A DNA stretch of 64,000 bases from Candidatus Spongiihabitans sp. (GCF_965237845.1 NZ_OZ250154.1:115678-179677), one strand, 5' to 3'. Counted from the stretch's first letter, positions 9,907 through 20,787 are shown. Made by a program: numbers and translations. Notes: a model not told the origin generated them from the letters alone.

Positions 9907-10175
9907 TTTTCCTTAATAGCGGTTATTTATATGGATGTAATGTATGCCGATTTTGCAGGAGCAAAAATCGGTTATTTACATGGATGCAATGGCAGATATT
10001 TGCTCCTGCAATAACTGCACTCCCGCCATCCCTGGCGGTCGTATGCCGCGGGCGCAGGATGCGCAGGAGTGGCGATATTGTGGAAATCTTTGTCGGCGAA
10101 GCATGGCGGCACGTTGACGAGCGGTTATAAGAGAGACAATTGTACGCTGCAACGCAGTGCAATTTTGTATCATGT

Positions 10176-10655
10176 TTAATGAATACAGGTATGCAATCCA
10201 TCCAGGACCAAGGTCTCGGTCAATTCAGTAACGCCATCACCATCGGTGTAGTTGCTCAGCACCATCAGGATGACCCACTTTAAATGCGCAAGTTCGATAC
10301 TATCAGCCCCTAAAGCCATTAATTGATCAATTACCATTTCTCTGGATATTCCGTCCAGGATGCCACATTGTTCAAGGGTCAGTAACAAGCCACGCGCTTC
10401 AACGCCGAGTTGTCTCAGTTCTCCAGTAGAATAATGCCTAATCGCGCCTTGATGGATGCTGGCCAAGCATGAATTGCGGTCGCACTGCGCGGTCAAATTT
10501 TCCAGCCAGTCGAAAGCGCTGTCAATCATTGCCTGATCGAAACCCGCCTGGCTCAATTCCAGAAGCAAGGTCTCATGGTCTGGCTCAAACTCATCGTTAT
10601 CAAACATATAGTTCTCAAATAAATAGATGAGAACATCAAGCACATTTTCTTTCAT
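10176..10655 (-). CDS. smg: Smg protein (DUF494)
   Basis: MKENVLDVLIYLFENYM... is the conserved Smg N-terminus. dprA-smg-topA synteny. Confidence 0.85.
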   Translation of the reverse strand: MKENVLDVLIYLFENYMFDNDEFEPDHETLLLELSQAGFDQAMIDSAFDWLENLTAQCDRNSCLASIHQGAIRHYSTGELRQLGVEARGLLLTLEQCGILDGISREMVIDQLMALGADSIELAHLKWVILMVLSNYTDGDGVTELTETLVLDGLHTCIH

Positions 10656-10832
10656 TTCATCACCTCAAAAAACAGGAACGCGGCGCGCCTTCTTTGTGTC
10701 GTCCAGCAGCGTAATGATTATGCCTTTGTCGCAGTATTTTTTCATTGCAATATAAACTGTTATTTAATGGCGTCGCATTGTGCGAATCTTCTTGACGGCC
10801 TGCTTGACAATGGCCTGCTGCATAACGACAAA

Positions 10833-11924
10833 CTAAGGCAAGCGTTGATAACCTCCGTTCATCTCAGCGATTAACCCCCGCAATTCTAAATCAATGAGAA
10901 TGGATGAAACTTGCTCGGTCGTCAATCCACTAAGCGCAATTATTTGGTCTATTGAGATTGGCGCGTAGTCTATCAGGTTATAAAGCGGATGTTCGGCCGG
11001 ATGTTCAGAATGACTCTGCGGTGACTCGGCGCTGATTTGAGAAACCGGGGTCGCCTGGTTAAAGAAGTGGCCAATTTCATCAGTGATGTCCTGCACTGAC
11101 TCAACAAGCTTTGCGCCCAGGCGGATTAAATGGTGACAGCCGTGACTGGTCGGAAGGTGAATTGAGCCAGGGATGGCAAATACTTCCCGCCCTTGTTCCG
11201 CGGCGAGTCTCGCGGTTATCAAACTGCCGCTGCGTATCCCGGCTTCGGCTACCAAGGTGCCCATAGATAAGCCGCTGATGATGCGATTTCGTTGTGGAAA
11301 GTGCGCCCGATGGGGCGGTGTGCCCGGCGCAAATTCGGTCACGATCAGCCCTTTTTCTGAAATTTCCCGATAAAGTTCTCGATGGGTGGCCGGATAGACC
11401 CGGTCGATTCCGGTGCCCATAACCGCAATGGTTGCGTTGTTTACCGACAGGCTGCCGCTATGAGCGCAGCTGTCGATGCCGGCCGCCATACCGCTGGTTA
11501 TGGTAAAACCCATTGCCGTTAATTCTGCGGCAAACGCTTGCGTGGTTTTCTTGCCGCTTGGACTGGGGTTGCGGCTTCCAACGATGGCGATTTGGGGTTG
11601 TTTGAGTAAATTTATATTTCCCTTGACGAAAAGCCCCAGAGGGGGGCTTGGAATTTCATTGAGCAAATCTGAAAATTTCGGGTCGTCAAATCCGATGAAT
11701 TGGCTGCCAATGGATTCGAGCAACTCCAGATCATTTTGCGGCAAATTCTCATTGGCCGTTAATACAGCGTTAATGCCAGCTTCAGAGAGGATGCCAGAGT
11801 CGCTCAAACAAGGTTGGTCGGCCGCAAAAATATCGACCGGGCAGCCAAAGAAATTTACTAATGCCCTTTTTTGAGCGAGTGATACAGATCTTAAATAGTG
11901 AAGTTTTAGCCAATCCTTTAGCAT
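10833..11924 (-). CDS. dprA: DNA-processing protein DprA
   Basis: 363 aa. Rossmann-like core IAIVGSRNPS...GMAAGIDSCAH...GSLITARLAAEQGREVFAIPG. Confidence 0.9.
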   Translation of the reverse strand: MLKDWLKLHYLRSVSLAQKRALVNFFGCPVDIFAADQPCLSDSGILSEAGINAVLTANENLPQNDLELLESIGSQFIGFDDPKFSDLLNEIPSPPLGLFVKGNINLLKQPQIAIVGSRNPSPSGKKTTQAFAAELTAMGFTITSGMAAGIDSCAHSGSLSVNNATIAVMGTGIDRVYPATHRELYREISEKGLIVTEFAPGTPPHRAHFPQRNRIISGLSMGTLVAEAGIRSGSLITARLAAEQGREVFAIPGSIHLPTSHGCHHLIRLGAKLVESVQDITDEIGHFFNQATPVSQISAESPQSHSEHPAEHPLYNLIDYAPISIDQIIALSGLTTEQVSSILIDLELRGLIAEMNGGYQRLP

Positions 11925-12171
11925 GTTTTTGCTCTTGAAGATTTATTATCGAATTCTTATTATTCCATATTTATCGATGAAGATGCATAACTTTTCTACG
12001 GCAATTCGCAATTGTCCTTTATACCCTATGGTTTGGGTACCAACACCAATCGCCGGAACGAATTTTATTGCCGATGCTAATTTAGGGAATTATACATCCA
12101 CTACCAAACCTTCGGATTTACTTGTAAACTCGGCGTTCGCCTTTTAAAGACCAATGCCTGTTTTACTTGCC

Positions 12172-12762
12172 ATGACTGAAAGAATTGCCCGAGTCACCCG
12201 CAACACCAAAGAAACCCGGATTGATATCACTATCAATCTGGATGGCGTGGGAAAAGCGGATTTTGATACTGGAATCCCGTTTCTGGAGCATATGCTTGAG
12301 CAAATTGCCAAGCACGGCGTTATCGATATTAAAATTAAGGCGACCGGCGACTTGCACATCGATGATCACCACACGGTGGAGGATATCGGGATTACTCTCG
12401 GTCAGGCGATTAGCAAGGCATTAGGGGACAAAAAAAGCATTCGTCGTTATGGACATGCTTATGTGCCATTGGACGAGGCGCTCAGTCGGGTGGTAATAGA
12501 TTTCTCAGGCAGACCGCTATTGGTAAGCCATGTGAAATACCCGGACAGAAACATTGGAAAATTTTCGACTGGACTGATTCATGAATTTTTCCAGGGATTT
12601 GCCAATCATGCGCTGGCGACATTGCACCTGGATTGTTTTCGCGGAGAAAATTCCCACCATGTCGCCGAGACTTTATTCAAGGCTTTTGGCAGAGCGTTGC
12701 GGATGGCCGTTGAACTGGATGCGCGGGTAAGCGGTGTTCCGTCCACCAAAGGCCTGCTGTAA
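12172..12762 (+). CDS. hisB: imidazoleglycerol-phosphate dehydratase
   Basis: [16 protein letters not shown]...[11 protein letters not shown]...ENSHHVAE motifs. ATG at 12172 gives the usual ~196 aa. Confidence 0.92.
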   Translation: MTERIARVTRNTKETRIDITINLDGVGKADFDTGIPFLEHMLEQIAKHGVIDIKIKATGDLHIDDHHTVEDIGITLGQAISKALGDKKSIRRYGHAYVPLDEALSRVVIDFSGRPLLVSHVKYPDRNIGKFSTGLIHEFFQGFANHALATLHLDCFRGENSHHVAETLFKAFGRALRMAVELDARVSGVPSTKGLL

Positions 12763-12895
12763 AAGGGCCTGCTGTAAATTTCGTGCATAAATTTATTTCG
12801 AGGTTAGGTTCAGCGCGGAAAATTTGCCATGTCATTCACCAAGCCATTACCGGGCCAGTGGTCGGGCCATTTGGTGGTTGAACCCGCGAATTAGC

Positions 12896-13597
12896 ATGAC
12901 CAGGATAGTCATTGCCGACTTGGGAACGGGCAATCTGCGCTCGGTCAGCAAGGCGTTGGCTTGCGTAAGCAGCGACACCGAGGTCAGCATTACTGCGCAG
13001 GCTGATGCCATTGAAAGCGCTGATTATTTAGTTTTGCCCGGCCAGGGCGCAATCGGCACCTGGTTTAACCAATTAAATAGCAACATAGCATTGAAAACCG
13101 CTGTTTCCAAGCGTCTAAATGATGGCCCTGTTCTGGGAATATGTCTTGGGCTTGAAGCGTTGTATGACCATAGCGAGGAAAATGGCGGCACTCAGGCATT
13201 GGGTATTTTGTCCGGGCGCGTAAAACACTTTTCAACTCATCCGAAGCATCAAATAGAGGGTCAAACAAATGATGGCCAGACCAATGAGGGCCAGACCAAT
13301 GAGGGCAAGGCAGGCAGACTAAAAATTCCGCATATGGGTTGGAATCAGGTGAACAAATGCGTTGATCATCCGCTGTGGCATGGTATTGATGACAATGAGC
13401 GGTTTTATTTTGTGCACAGTTACTACGTTGAAAGCGACATTAAAAATCAGGTGATGGGCGAGTGTCGGTATGGCAATCGGTTTACCGCTGCTGCGGGTTC
13501 GAGGAACATTTTTGCGACCCAGTTTCATCCTGAGAAAAGCCAGCACGCGGGATTACAAATGCTGAAAAATTTTATTAACTGGAATGGGTCGTTTTAA
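12896..13597 (+). CDS. hisH: imidazole glycerol phosphate synthase, glutaminase subunit
   Basis: [19 protein letters not shown], and [10 protein letters not shown]. The start is the internal ATG at 12896. Contains a 3 x 15-bp in-frame repeat. Confidence 0.9.
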   Translation: MTRIVIADLGTGNLRSVSKALACVSSDTEVSITAQADAIESADYLVLPGQGAIGTWFNQLNSNIALKTAVSKRLNDGPVLGICLGLEALYDHSEENGGTQALGILSGRVKHFSTHPKHQIEGQTNDGQTNEGQTNEGKAGRLKIPHMGWNQVNKCVDHPLWHGIDDNERFYFVHSYYVESDIKNQVMGECRYGNRFTAAAGSRNIFATQFHPEKSQHAGLQMLKNFINWNGSF

Positions 13598-13599
13598 CG

Positions 13600-14355
13600 A
13601 TGCTGCTGATTCCGGCGATTGATATTAAAGACGGTAAATGCGTCCGCCTGCGGCAGGGCGACATGAACCAAACCACGGTATTTTCCGATGACCCGGTATC
13701 GGTCGCGCAACGATGGGTCAATGAAGGCGCCCGGCGGCTGCACATTGTTGATTTGGACGGCGCGATGAAAGGCGAACCGATTAATGCGGATATTGTGCAC
13801 CGCATTGCTGAAAACCACCCGCAATTGCCGATCCAGATTGGTGGCGGGATTCGCAATGAAGACACCGTGGAGGTTTATATTCAAGCCGGGGTGCGCTATG
13901 TCATTATTGGCACTCAGGCGATTAACCAGCCTCACCTGATCAGCGATTTGTGCACAGAATATCCTGCCCGCGTGATTGTTGGACTGGATGCCAGAGACGG
14001 CAAAATCGCTACCGAAGGCTGGTCGAAACTGTCCAAACACGATGTCATCGACATGGCCCGGCACTTTGATAAAACGGATGTGGCGGCAATCATTTATACC
14101 GATATCGCCAGGGATGGCATGATGCAGGGCGTTAATATTGATGCAACCGTGGCGTTGGCGCAGGCGGTGAATATTCCGGTGATTGCTTCCGGCGGCATTC
14201 AGAATATTGAAAATGTCAAGCAATTAGCTACGGCATCGGGCTCGGGAATCATCGGCGCAATCACCGGTCGGGCGATTTACGAAGGCGCGCTGGATTTTGC
14301 CGAGGGCCAAAAAGCCGCTGATGAAATTTTCGGCGAAGGTGGTTTTGGCGAATAA
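13600..14355 (+). CDS. hisA: ProFAR isomerase
   Basis: [17 protein letters not shown]...LHIVDLDGA...GGGIR signature. Confidence 0.93.
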   Translation: MLLIPAIDIKDGKCVRLRQGDMNQTTVFSDDPVSVAQRWVNEGARRLHIVDLDGAMKGEPINADIVHRIAENHPQLPIQIGGGIRNEDTVEVYIQAGVRYVIIGTQAINQPHLISDLCTEYPARVIVGLDARDGKIATEGWSKLSKHDVIDMARHFDKTDVAAIIYTDIARDGMMQGVNIDATVALAQAVNIPVIASGGIQNIENVKQLATASGSGIIGAITGRAIYEGALDFAEGQKAADEIFGEGGFGE

Positions 14356-14397
14356 TTTTTCAATGCCCGCTCCAGGCGCTCGGTCCGGGCCGCATTG

Positions 14398-15237
14398 ATG
14401 GCGCTCGCCAAAAGAATTATTCCCTGTTTGGATGTGGATGCCGGGCGTGTAGTGAAGGGCATACAATTTGTCGGTATCAAGGATGCGGGAGATCCGGTAG
14501 AAGTTGCCCGTCGGTACGATCAGCAAGGCGCTGACGAAATCACTTTTCTGGACATTACCGCTAGTTCTGACAATCGGGATACCCTGGTCAATGTAGTCAA
14601 GCAGGTTGCCAGCGAAGTCTTTATTCCTCTAACCGTCGGTGGCGGAATCCGCGAGTTGAGTGATATTCACAAAATGCTGAACGCTGGCGCCGACAAGGTT
14701 TCCATTAACACCACGGCGGTGAAAAACCCGGAATTCATCCGCCAAGCAAGCAAACATTTTGGCAATCAATGCATTGTCGTGGCCATCGACGCCAAGCAAG
14801 TGGCCCCTGAGGCCGATGCGGGCGCTAATAATCCTCGTTGGGAAATTTTTACCCATGGCGGCAGAAATGCCACTGGACTCGATGCCCTGGAGTGGTCGAA
14901 AAAAATGACGGAATACGGCGCCGGGGAGTTGTTGGTTACCAGTATGGATCGGGATGGCACCAAAAACGGATATGATATCGCGTTGATGCGCCGTATTACT
15001 GATAATGTATCGATTCCTGTCATTGCATCTGGTGGCGTGGGGACGCTGGAACATTTGGTATGCGGTATCATCGAGGGCGGCGCAGATGCGGTGCTGGCAG
15101 CAAGCATTTTTCACTATGGCGAATATACCGTCGAGCAGGCTAAACAATTTATGGCTGAGCGGGGTATTACGGTAAGACTCCGATCAATTCAAGACCACAA
15201 TAATTCTATTTTCTATAATGCAAACGATAGTAGATGA
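14398..15237 (+). CDS. hisF: imidazole glycerol phosphate synthase, cyclase subunit
   Basis: [11 protein letters not shown]...[11 protein letters not shown]...TVGGGIR...SGG.G motifs. Has a short C-terminal extension overlapping hisI. Confidence 0.93.
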   Translation: MALAKRIIPCLDVDAGRVVKGIQFVGIKDAGDPVEVARRYDQQGADEITFLDITASSDNRDTLVNVVKQVASEVFIPLTVGGGIRELSDIHKMLNAGADKVSINTTAVKNPEFIRQASKHFGNQCIVVAIDAKQVAPEADAGANNPRWEIFTHGGRNATGLDALEWSKKMTEYGAGELLVTSMDRDGTKNGYDIALMRRITDNVSIPVIASGGVGTLEHLVCGIIEGGADAVLAASIFHYGEYTVEQAKQFMAERGITVRLRSIQDHNNSIFYNANDSR

Positions 15238-15604
15238 AATAAAATGGAACGAAGCCGGACTGGTGCCCGCGATCGCTCAACAGCACGACACCGGCAAAGT
15301 GTTAATGGTGGCGTGGATGAATAGGCAGGCATTGCAAACCACGATTGAGGAAGGTCGCGCCGTGTATTACTCAAGATCGAGGAAAAAATTATGGCGCAAA
15401 GGCGAGGAGTCGGGACATATTCAGAAATTAAAGGAACTTCGCATTGATTGCGACGGCGATGTGGTATTAATGCAGGTTGAGCAAGTCGGCGGCATTGCCT
15501 GTCATACTGGCCGTCATGCCTGCTTTTACAAACGCTATGAAAACGGTCGATGGAATGAAGTGGAACCGATATTAAAAGACCAGGCTGAGATATATAAGAC
15601 CTAG
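15218..15604 (+). CDS. hisI: phosphoribosyl-AMP cyclohydrolase
   Basis: GLVPAIAQ...MVAWMN...YYSRSR..LW.KGE.SGH...DCDGD...CHTG motifs. 128 aa, so cyclohydrolase only. Confidence 0.9.
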   Translation: MQTIVDEIKWNEAGLVPAIAQQHDTGKVLMVAWMNRQALQTTIEEGRAVYYSRSRKKLWRKGEESGHIQKLKELRIDCDGDVVLMQVEQVGGIACHTGRHACFYKRYENGRWNEVEPILKDQAEIYKT

Positions 15605-15780
15605 CCCGGATATTTCATCAAGCCGGTGCGAGCGTACAAAATGCCGCTACGCAGGCCGGGTGTTTACCGCTAGAATCAGCGTAGCGACAAAGTTGATACT
15701 TGAATGTTGCTAAAAAACAGCCATACTTCAATGAAGGTAATCAATTCACTATAAACAGACAATCGACGAGGCGCAATATT

Positions 15781-16032
15781 ATGGGCATTGGTGGTATTAG
15801 TCCGGTTCAATTAATCATCATTCTGGTGATTGTATTATTGATTTTCGGCACAAAGAAACTGAGAAATTTGGGTGGCGATTTGGGTGGCGCTATAAAGGGA
15901 TTTAAAAAAGCGGTCAAAGAAGAAGGCGCCGCGGAGAAAATTGAAGAAGAGAGCGAAGCAGCCAGCGAAGAAATAAACGAACAAGAAGCGGTGGTTGCGG
16001 AAAAAGCGGAAATTGACAAGGAAAAACCCTGA
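15781..16032 (+). CDS. tatA: Sec-independent translocase TatA
   Basis: [35 protein letters not shown] is the canonical TatA/E. The internal ATG at 15781 is used. Confidence 0.9.
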   Translation: MGIGGISPVQLIIILVIVLLIFGTKKLRNLGGDLGGAIKGFKKAVKEEGAAEKIEEESEAASEEINEQEAVVAEKAEIDKEKP

Positions 16033-16043
16033 TTTAACTTCCC

Positions 16044-16844
16044 ATGTTTGATGTTGGCTTTTGGGAGATGGCGTTTATTGGCGTCATCGCCCTTGTGGTC
16101 ATTGGGCCTGAGCGCCTGCCCGGTGTCGCGCGCAGTGTGGGTCTGTGGGTCGGCAAGGGCAGGCATATGCTTAACGAGGTTATGTCGGATGTTAAAAAGG
16201 AAATGAAAGAGTATGACGACGAGTATGGCATGAAGAAAGTCAAAACGTTAAGAGATGACCTGAAATCGGCCAGCACATCGGCCAGCAAGGAGTTAAAAGA
16301 CATTACCCAATCCGCAGCCGATTCTCTGGATCTGAAAGCGGTGGGGAATGAGTTTAAAAAATCGGTAGATGACGCATCCGATTCGGCGTCTGATTCGTTA
16401 AGGCAGGAAACCAGCAAAATAAACCCGGCAGTTAAGAGCAAGGCAGCCCCTGGTAAATCAATCGCCAGTAAAACAACAGCAAGGAAAAAGTCAATGACAA
16501 AGAAAAAACCCGCCAAGAAAAATTCCGCCGCGAGAAAATCTCCCGCGAAAAAGCCCGCGAAAAAGCTCGCGAAAAAAACTGCCGGCAATAAAGGTCGTCA
16601 AAAAGACAGCCGCGAAATGAAGTATTACATTTACGAAAATTGGGCGAACCAAAGTGCCACGATACATGTCGGCGCTTGCAGATTTTGCAATAACGGGCGT
16701 GGCCTCGCGGACGGATCCGACCCGAAACACGCCGCATGGCACGGGCCTTTCAACAGCCTCAAAGATGCCAGACACCGACAAAAATCCATGAAAGCGAAGG
16801 TGAATAAAAAGTGTGGACATTGCGTAAACCGCTCTTTGCTATGA
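16044..16844 (+). CDS. tatB: Sec-independent translocase TatB with a Lys-rich linker and an in-frame 75-aa four-Cys C-terminal extension
   Basis: MFDVGFWEMAFIGVIALVVIGPERLP is the canonical TatB N-terminus. The ORF continues without a stop through an AKKPAKK-type linker into MKYYIYENW...CRFCNNGRG...WHGPF...CGHC. Confidence 0.8.
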   Translation: MFDVGFWEMAFIGVIALVVIGPERLPGVARSVGLWVGKGRHMLNEVMSDVKKEMKEYDDEYGMKKVKTLRDDLKSASTSASKELKDITQSAADSLDLKAVGNEFKKSVDDASDSASDSLRQETSKINPAVKSKAAPGKSIASKTTARKKSMTKKKPAKKNSAARKSPAKKPAKKLAKKTAGNKGRQKDSREMKYYIYENWANQSATIHVGACRFCNNGRGLADGSDPKHAAWHGPFNSLKDARHRQKSMKAKVNKKCGHCVNRSLL

Positions 16845-16880
16845 TGATCCCCCGAGGCTAAACCCAATGCGCGAATCCCC

Positions 16881-17648
16881 ATGACCGCCGATTCGAACGC
16901 CGCCGAAGGCTCGCTGGTTTCCCATCTGGTCGAGTTGCGCGATCGGTTGCTTCGCGGCGTGTTTTCGGTTCTGGTGTTTTTCATTATTCTGGCGCCTTTC
17001 GCTAATACGCTCTATGAGGTGTTGGCAAGCCCGTTGATGTCGGCATTGCCTGAAGGCAACAGCATGATATCCACCGAGCCGCACGGCCCATTTTTTGTGC
17101 CCTTCAAATTTGCGTTTGCCTGCGCGTTCGCATTAGCGGTGCCTTATTTGTTGTATCAAATCTGGGCGTTTGTGGCGCCGGGACTATATAAACATGAACA
17201 ACGGCTGGTAATACCGCTATTGGTTTCCAGCAGCGGCTTGTTTTATCTGGGAATCATTTTTGCGTATTTTGTGGTATTTCCGCTGATATTTGAATTTTTT
17301 GCAAACACCGCCCCTGAAGGCGTGGCGGTAATGACTGACATCAATGCGTATCTCGGATTTGTAATAAAATTATTTTTTGCATTTGGTGTGGCCTTTGAAG
17401 TGCCCGTGGCAACCGTGTTAATGATTTATATGGGGGTAGCCACCGAGGCAGGCCTGGCAAAAAAACGACCGTATATCATCGTTGCAGCATTTGTGGTCGG
17501 TATGTTATTAACCCCGCCGGATATTTTTTCTCAAACGTTGTTGGCGCTGCCGGTATGGCTTTTATTTGAAATCGGTTTGATTTGCTCGCGGTTCTTGAAA
17601 AGCCGGGCCGTCAATGACCAAGCCAGCGATGAAGATAGCGATGATTAA
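16881..17648 (+). CDS. tatC: Sec-independent translocase TatC
   Basis: 255 aa, six TM segments, SHLVELRDRLL and LTPPD motifs. Confidence 0.93.
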   Translation: MTADSNAAEGSLVSHLVELRDRLLRGVFSVLVFFIILAPFANTLYEVLASPLMSALPEGNSMISTEPHGPFFVPFKFAFACAFALAVPYLLYQIWAFVAPGLYKHEQRLVIPLLVSSSGLFYLGIIFAYFVVFPLIFEFFANTAPEGVAVMTDINAYLGFVIKLFFAFGVAFEVPVATVLMIYMGVATEAGLAKKRPYIIVAAFVVGMLLTPPDIFSQTLLALPVWLLFEIGLICSRFLKSRAVNDQASDEDSDD

Positions 17649-17732
17649 TACGAATTACATCACACAAATTACAGATGCGCCCGGCCTTTGTGCCATATCC
17701 TTAGACGCCCTATTCGGGTTAGTCCGCAAGGC

Positions 17733-19565
17733 ATGAAATTACACCAAGCGGTTATCGCCATATTCTTGCTGTTGTGTGTTCCGGCTCATGCCAGCGAGCT
17801 TAAAAATCAACTGACGGATCACCCCGCACCCTATCTGGCTTTGCACGGCGATGATCCGGTCGCCTGGCAGGCATGGAATGAGGAATCTGTGCAATTAGCC
17901 AGACAACAAAACAAAATTCTTTATCTTTCGATAGGTTATTTTGCGTGCCACTGGTGCCACGTGATGCAGCAGGAAAGTTATAAAAACGAGAAAATCGCCG
18001 AGTTTCTGAATGAAAATTTTATTCCTGTAAAAATCGACCGCGAGCTTGAGCCGGCCCTGGACCGGCGGTTGATGGATTTCACCCAACGCATAATTGGCCG
18101 CGGAGGTTGGCCACTGAATGTGTTTGTAACGCCTACTGGGCATCCGATTTATTCGTTGTTGTATGCCCCGCCCGAGCAATTTTTGGAAACATTGAATCGC
18201 TTGCAAAGGGTTTGGCAAAACGATCGGCAGCGGGTTCTGGATTTGGTCAGTAACGAAGCAGTTGAAACATTCCAGATTTATGGTCCGAATCTGGAGCGCA
18301 GCAGATACCAGAATATTCTTGCTGAATCCGCCAGGATTGTTATGTTGCGAGCGGACCTAGACAAAGGCGGATTCGGCGATAAACAAAAATTTCCATCCGC
18401 GCCACAATTACAGTATCTGCTTAAACAGTATCAAATCAATCCACAGCCGGCGGCAAAAGCTTTTTTGACGCTAACCCTCGACGCTATGGCTGATCTCGGC
18501 CTGGTTGACCATTTAATTGGCGGCTTTTTTAGATACACGACGGATACTGATTGGAGCATACCGCATTTTGAAAAAATGTTGTATGACAATGCAAATCTCG
18601 CTTTGCTGTACTTGAATGCCGGAAAAGTGTTGGGTAGTGCAAAGTATGAATCCATTGGGCAACAAACATTAACGTACATGCAGAAGTATATGTGGCACCA
18701 ACACGGCGCATTGATATCTTCATTCTCTGCGGTTGACGACAATAACGTCGAAGGCGGCAGTTATTTATGGCAGCCAGCCGAAATCGCCGAAATACTTGAC
18801 CCTGAGCAAGCCAATCTTATATTTTCAATATGGGGTCTGGACCAAGAGAGTGAACTGCCCAGGGGTAACCATGTTCGATTGATGATGAGCCTGGGACAGT
18901 ACGCCAACAAAAACAATTTGAAATTGGATGAGGCTCAGCAACGCTATGAGCAGGCACGAACCAAATTGATCGCCGCCAGGCTAAAACGCTCACTGCCGAT
19001 GGATGATAAACTTCTGGCCGGCTGGAATGGTTTGGCCTTATCCGCTTTTGTCTCGGCCGCCGCGCAGTTTCCCGAATTGTCATATAACCAAACCGCTAAA
19101 GCGCTACGGGATTTTTTGGTCAATCAATTATGGGATGGTAAAGCGTTAGCCCGGTCAATGACCAAAGGAAGGTTGCTAGGCACCGCATCGCTGGAAGATT
19201 ATGCCTACGTGGCACGAGGCCTGTTTGATTGGGCATCGCTATCGAACAGCGATGGCGATTTCGAAGTTGCGCTGGCAATCACAAAACAAGGCTGGCAACG
19301 ATTTTACCGAAACAATGGTTGGTATCAGGGGGATGACACGTTGTTAGCCTCGGTGTCTGGCGAACCAATGCTTGCAGATACCGCCAACCCGGCGCCCTCT
19401 GCAGTATTAATTTCCACCAGCCTTGAATTGGCCAAAAAGTTTTCGGACGATGAATTAAAAGAAAAAGCATTATCCGCTTTGAACCGAAACGAAACATTAT
19501 TGATTCGCGCGCCGTTTTGGTATGTCAGTCAGCTTGAAGCGTTATCTTTGGCGCTTGAAAATTAA
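17733..19565 (+). CDS. secreted thioredoxin-domain protein (DUF255/YyaL-like, N-acylglucosamine-epimerase-like fold)
   Basis: Signal peptide MKLHQAVIAIFLLLCVPAHA, then WQAWNEE...YLSIGYFACHWCHVM...IPVKIDREE-like motifs typical of the YyaL family. Confidence 0.8.
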   Translation: MKLHQAVIAIFLLLCVPAHASELKNQLTDHPAPYLALHGDDPVAWQAWNEESVQLARQQNKILYLSIGYFACHWCHVMQQESYKNEKIAEFLNENFIPVKIDRELEPALDRRLMDFTQRIIGRGGWPLNVFVTPTGHPIYSLLYAPPEQFLETLNRLQRVWQNDRQRVLDLVSNEAVETFQIYGPNLERSRYQNILAESARIVMLRADLDKGGFGDKQKFPSAPQLQYLLKQYQINPQPAAKAFLTLTLDAMADLGLVDHLIGGFFRYTTDTDWSIPHFEKMLYDNANLALLYLNAGKVLGSAKYESIGQQTLTYMQKYMWHQHGALISSFSAVDDNNVEGGSYLWQPAEIAEILDPEQANLIFSIWGLDQESELPRGNHVRLMMSLGQYANKNNLKLDEAQQRYEQARTKLIAARLKRSLPMDDKLLAGWNGLALSAFVSAAAQFPELSYNQTAKALRDFLVNQLWDGKALARSMTKGRLLGTASLEDYAYVARGLFDWASLSNSDGDFEVALAITKQGWQRFYRNNGWYQGDDTLLASVSGEPMLADTANPAPSAVLISTSLELAKKFSDDELKEKALSALNRNETLLIRAPFWYVSQLEALSLALEN

Positions 19566-19643
19566 GGATGCTCGCACAGACAATACGCACAGACAATGAT
19601 TGGGGCGCATGACAATTCCCGGGTTAAAGCCCCCTTTCGATAA

Positions 19644-20351
19644 TCACATCGGCCGCCATGCCTGGTTGACAAAGCCAAACATCGGTTTGAAGTTGGTTTT
19701 ATAACTCATTTTTTTACAGCCCTCGATCCAGTATCCCAGGTATAACCAGTCCATTTGGATTTGACGGACGTACTCAATTTGTTTCATGATTGCAAATGTT
19801 CCCAGACTGCGTTTTGAAAAATCAGGATCGAAAAAAGTATAAACTGCCGACATGCCGTCATCCGGCAAGTCACAGACCGAAAGCCCGATTAATTTTCCCT
19901 TCAGCCGATATTCCATGAATACGGTTTCAATCAAAGATTTAACCACAAACTCGTGGTAGCGGTCTGAGTCGTTGTGGTCCATGGTATCTCCGCTGTGGCG
20001 CCACGATTGGTAACGACAATACAATTCAAAATGTTCCTGTTTGAAACTGGTGGGTACCATGGTGGTGTGGAGATCCTGATTTTTTTTGTAGCACCTGATT
20101 TGAGCACGATTGGGAAGATACGCATTGGCTGGAATTTTCACCGACACGCAGGCCTTGCAGTTTCGGCAATGCGGTCGGTAAATGGTTTTCCCGCTACGCC
20201 GAAACCCGGAGTTTAACAATACGCTAAACAGCGCATTATCTACTTTGTAATTGGGGTCCAGTAAAACCGTGGTTGCCGTTTCAGGTTCGATATAGGGACA
20301 GGCGTGGGGCGCGGAAAGATAAAGCTTCGGCGGGTTTAACTGAATGGTCAC
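19644..20351 (-). CDS. bpt: arginyl/aspartyl-glutamyl-tRNA--protein transferase (Bpt/Ate family)
   Basis: 235 aa. LYLSAPHACPYIEP...GFRRSG...YRPHCRNCKAC...LGYWI motifs. Confidence 0.85.
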   Translation of the reverse strand: MTIQLNPPKLYLSAPHACPYIEPETATTVLLDPNYKVDNALFSVLLNSGFRRSGKTIYRPHCRNCKACVSVKIPANAYLPNRAQIRCYKKNQDLHTTMVPTSFKQEHFELYCRYQSWRHSGDTMDHNDSDRYHEFVVKSLIETVFMEYRLKGKLIGLSVCDLPDDGMSAVYTFFDPDFSKRSLGTFAIMKQIEYVRQIQMDWLYLGYWIEGCKKMSYKTNFKPMFGFVNQAWRPM

Positions 20352-20787
20352 GGGTTATGTCACAGCGATTATTTACGGATTAAGCATGACATAAACCGGG
20401 TCATTTTCTGAGTGTCCGAAATATGACTTCTCCCACTCTGGTTCAGAAAAAGAAAATGCCGTCATAGCGAGCGCTGAACCTAATGCAAGTATCTATCCCA
20501 ATGATTCACGCGCAGAAAGGGCTGTTGCCTCTTTAAAATTATCTTCCGTTACCCTAAATTTGTTAATAATCAGTGAGTTCCGCACTCACGAGAAACATCG
20601 TTTTCATTAGTATGATTATCTTCCGGCAATTTCAGTTTTTGCACGAACGCTTGATGCATTTGTGTATGATTTTCTTTCATTTCTATCCTTTACCCAATAA
20701 TAACATCCACAATCCATAGATAAATTTGTTTTCTTTGGTACATTTGGATGACTAAAATATGTTGTGTACATATTAAGAAACTATACC

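Noticed and set aside
9923-10201. 92-aa and 65-aa minus-strand ORFs between topA and smg.
   Set aside because: They overlap the repeat/hairpin-rich topA upstream region and the smg 3' end. They have Cys/Arg/His-rich composition and no RBS.
13594-14223. A 209-aa minus-strand ORF, plus many similar long antisense ORFs (e.g. 16034-16588, 32859-33473, 29350-29958, 56158-56589).
   Set aside because: They lie fully antisense to strongly supported genes (hisA, tatB, the homocysteine methyltransferase, plsY, mttB). Their composition is Arg/Gly/Ser-rich junk, so they are shadow ORFs.
20570-20680. A 36-aa minus-strand ORF (MKENHTQMHQAFVQKL...) in the left, non-coding part of the R-M island.
   Set aside because: It is too short, has no motif, and rests only on a plausible RBS. 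That is not enough to call a gene.
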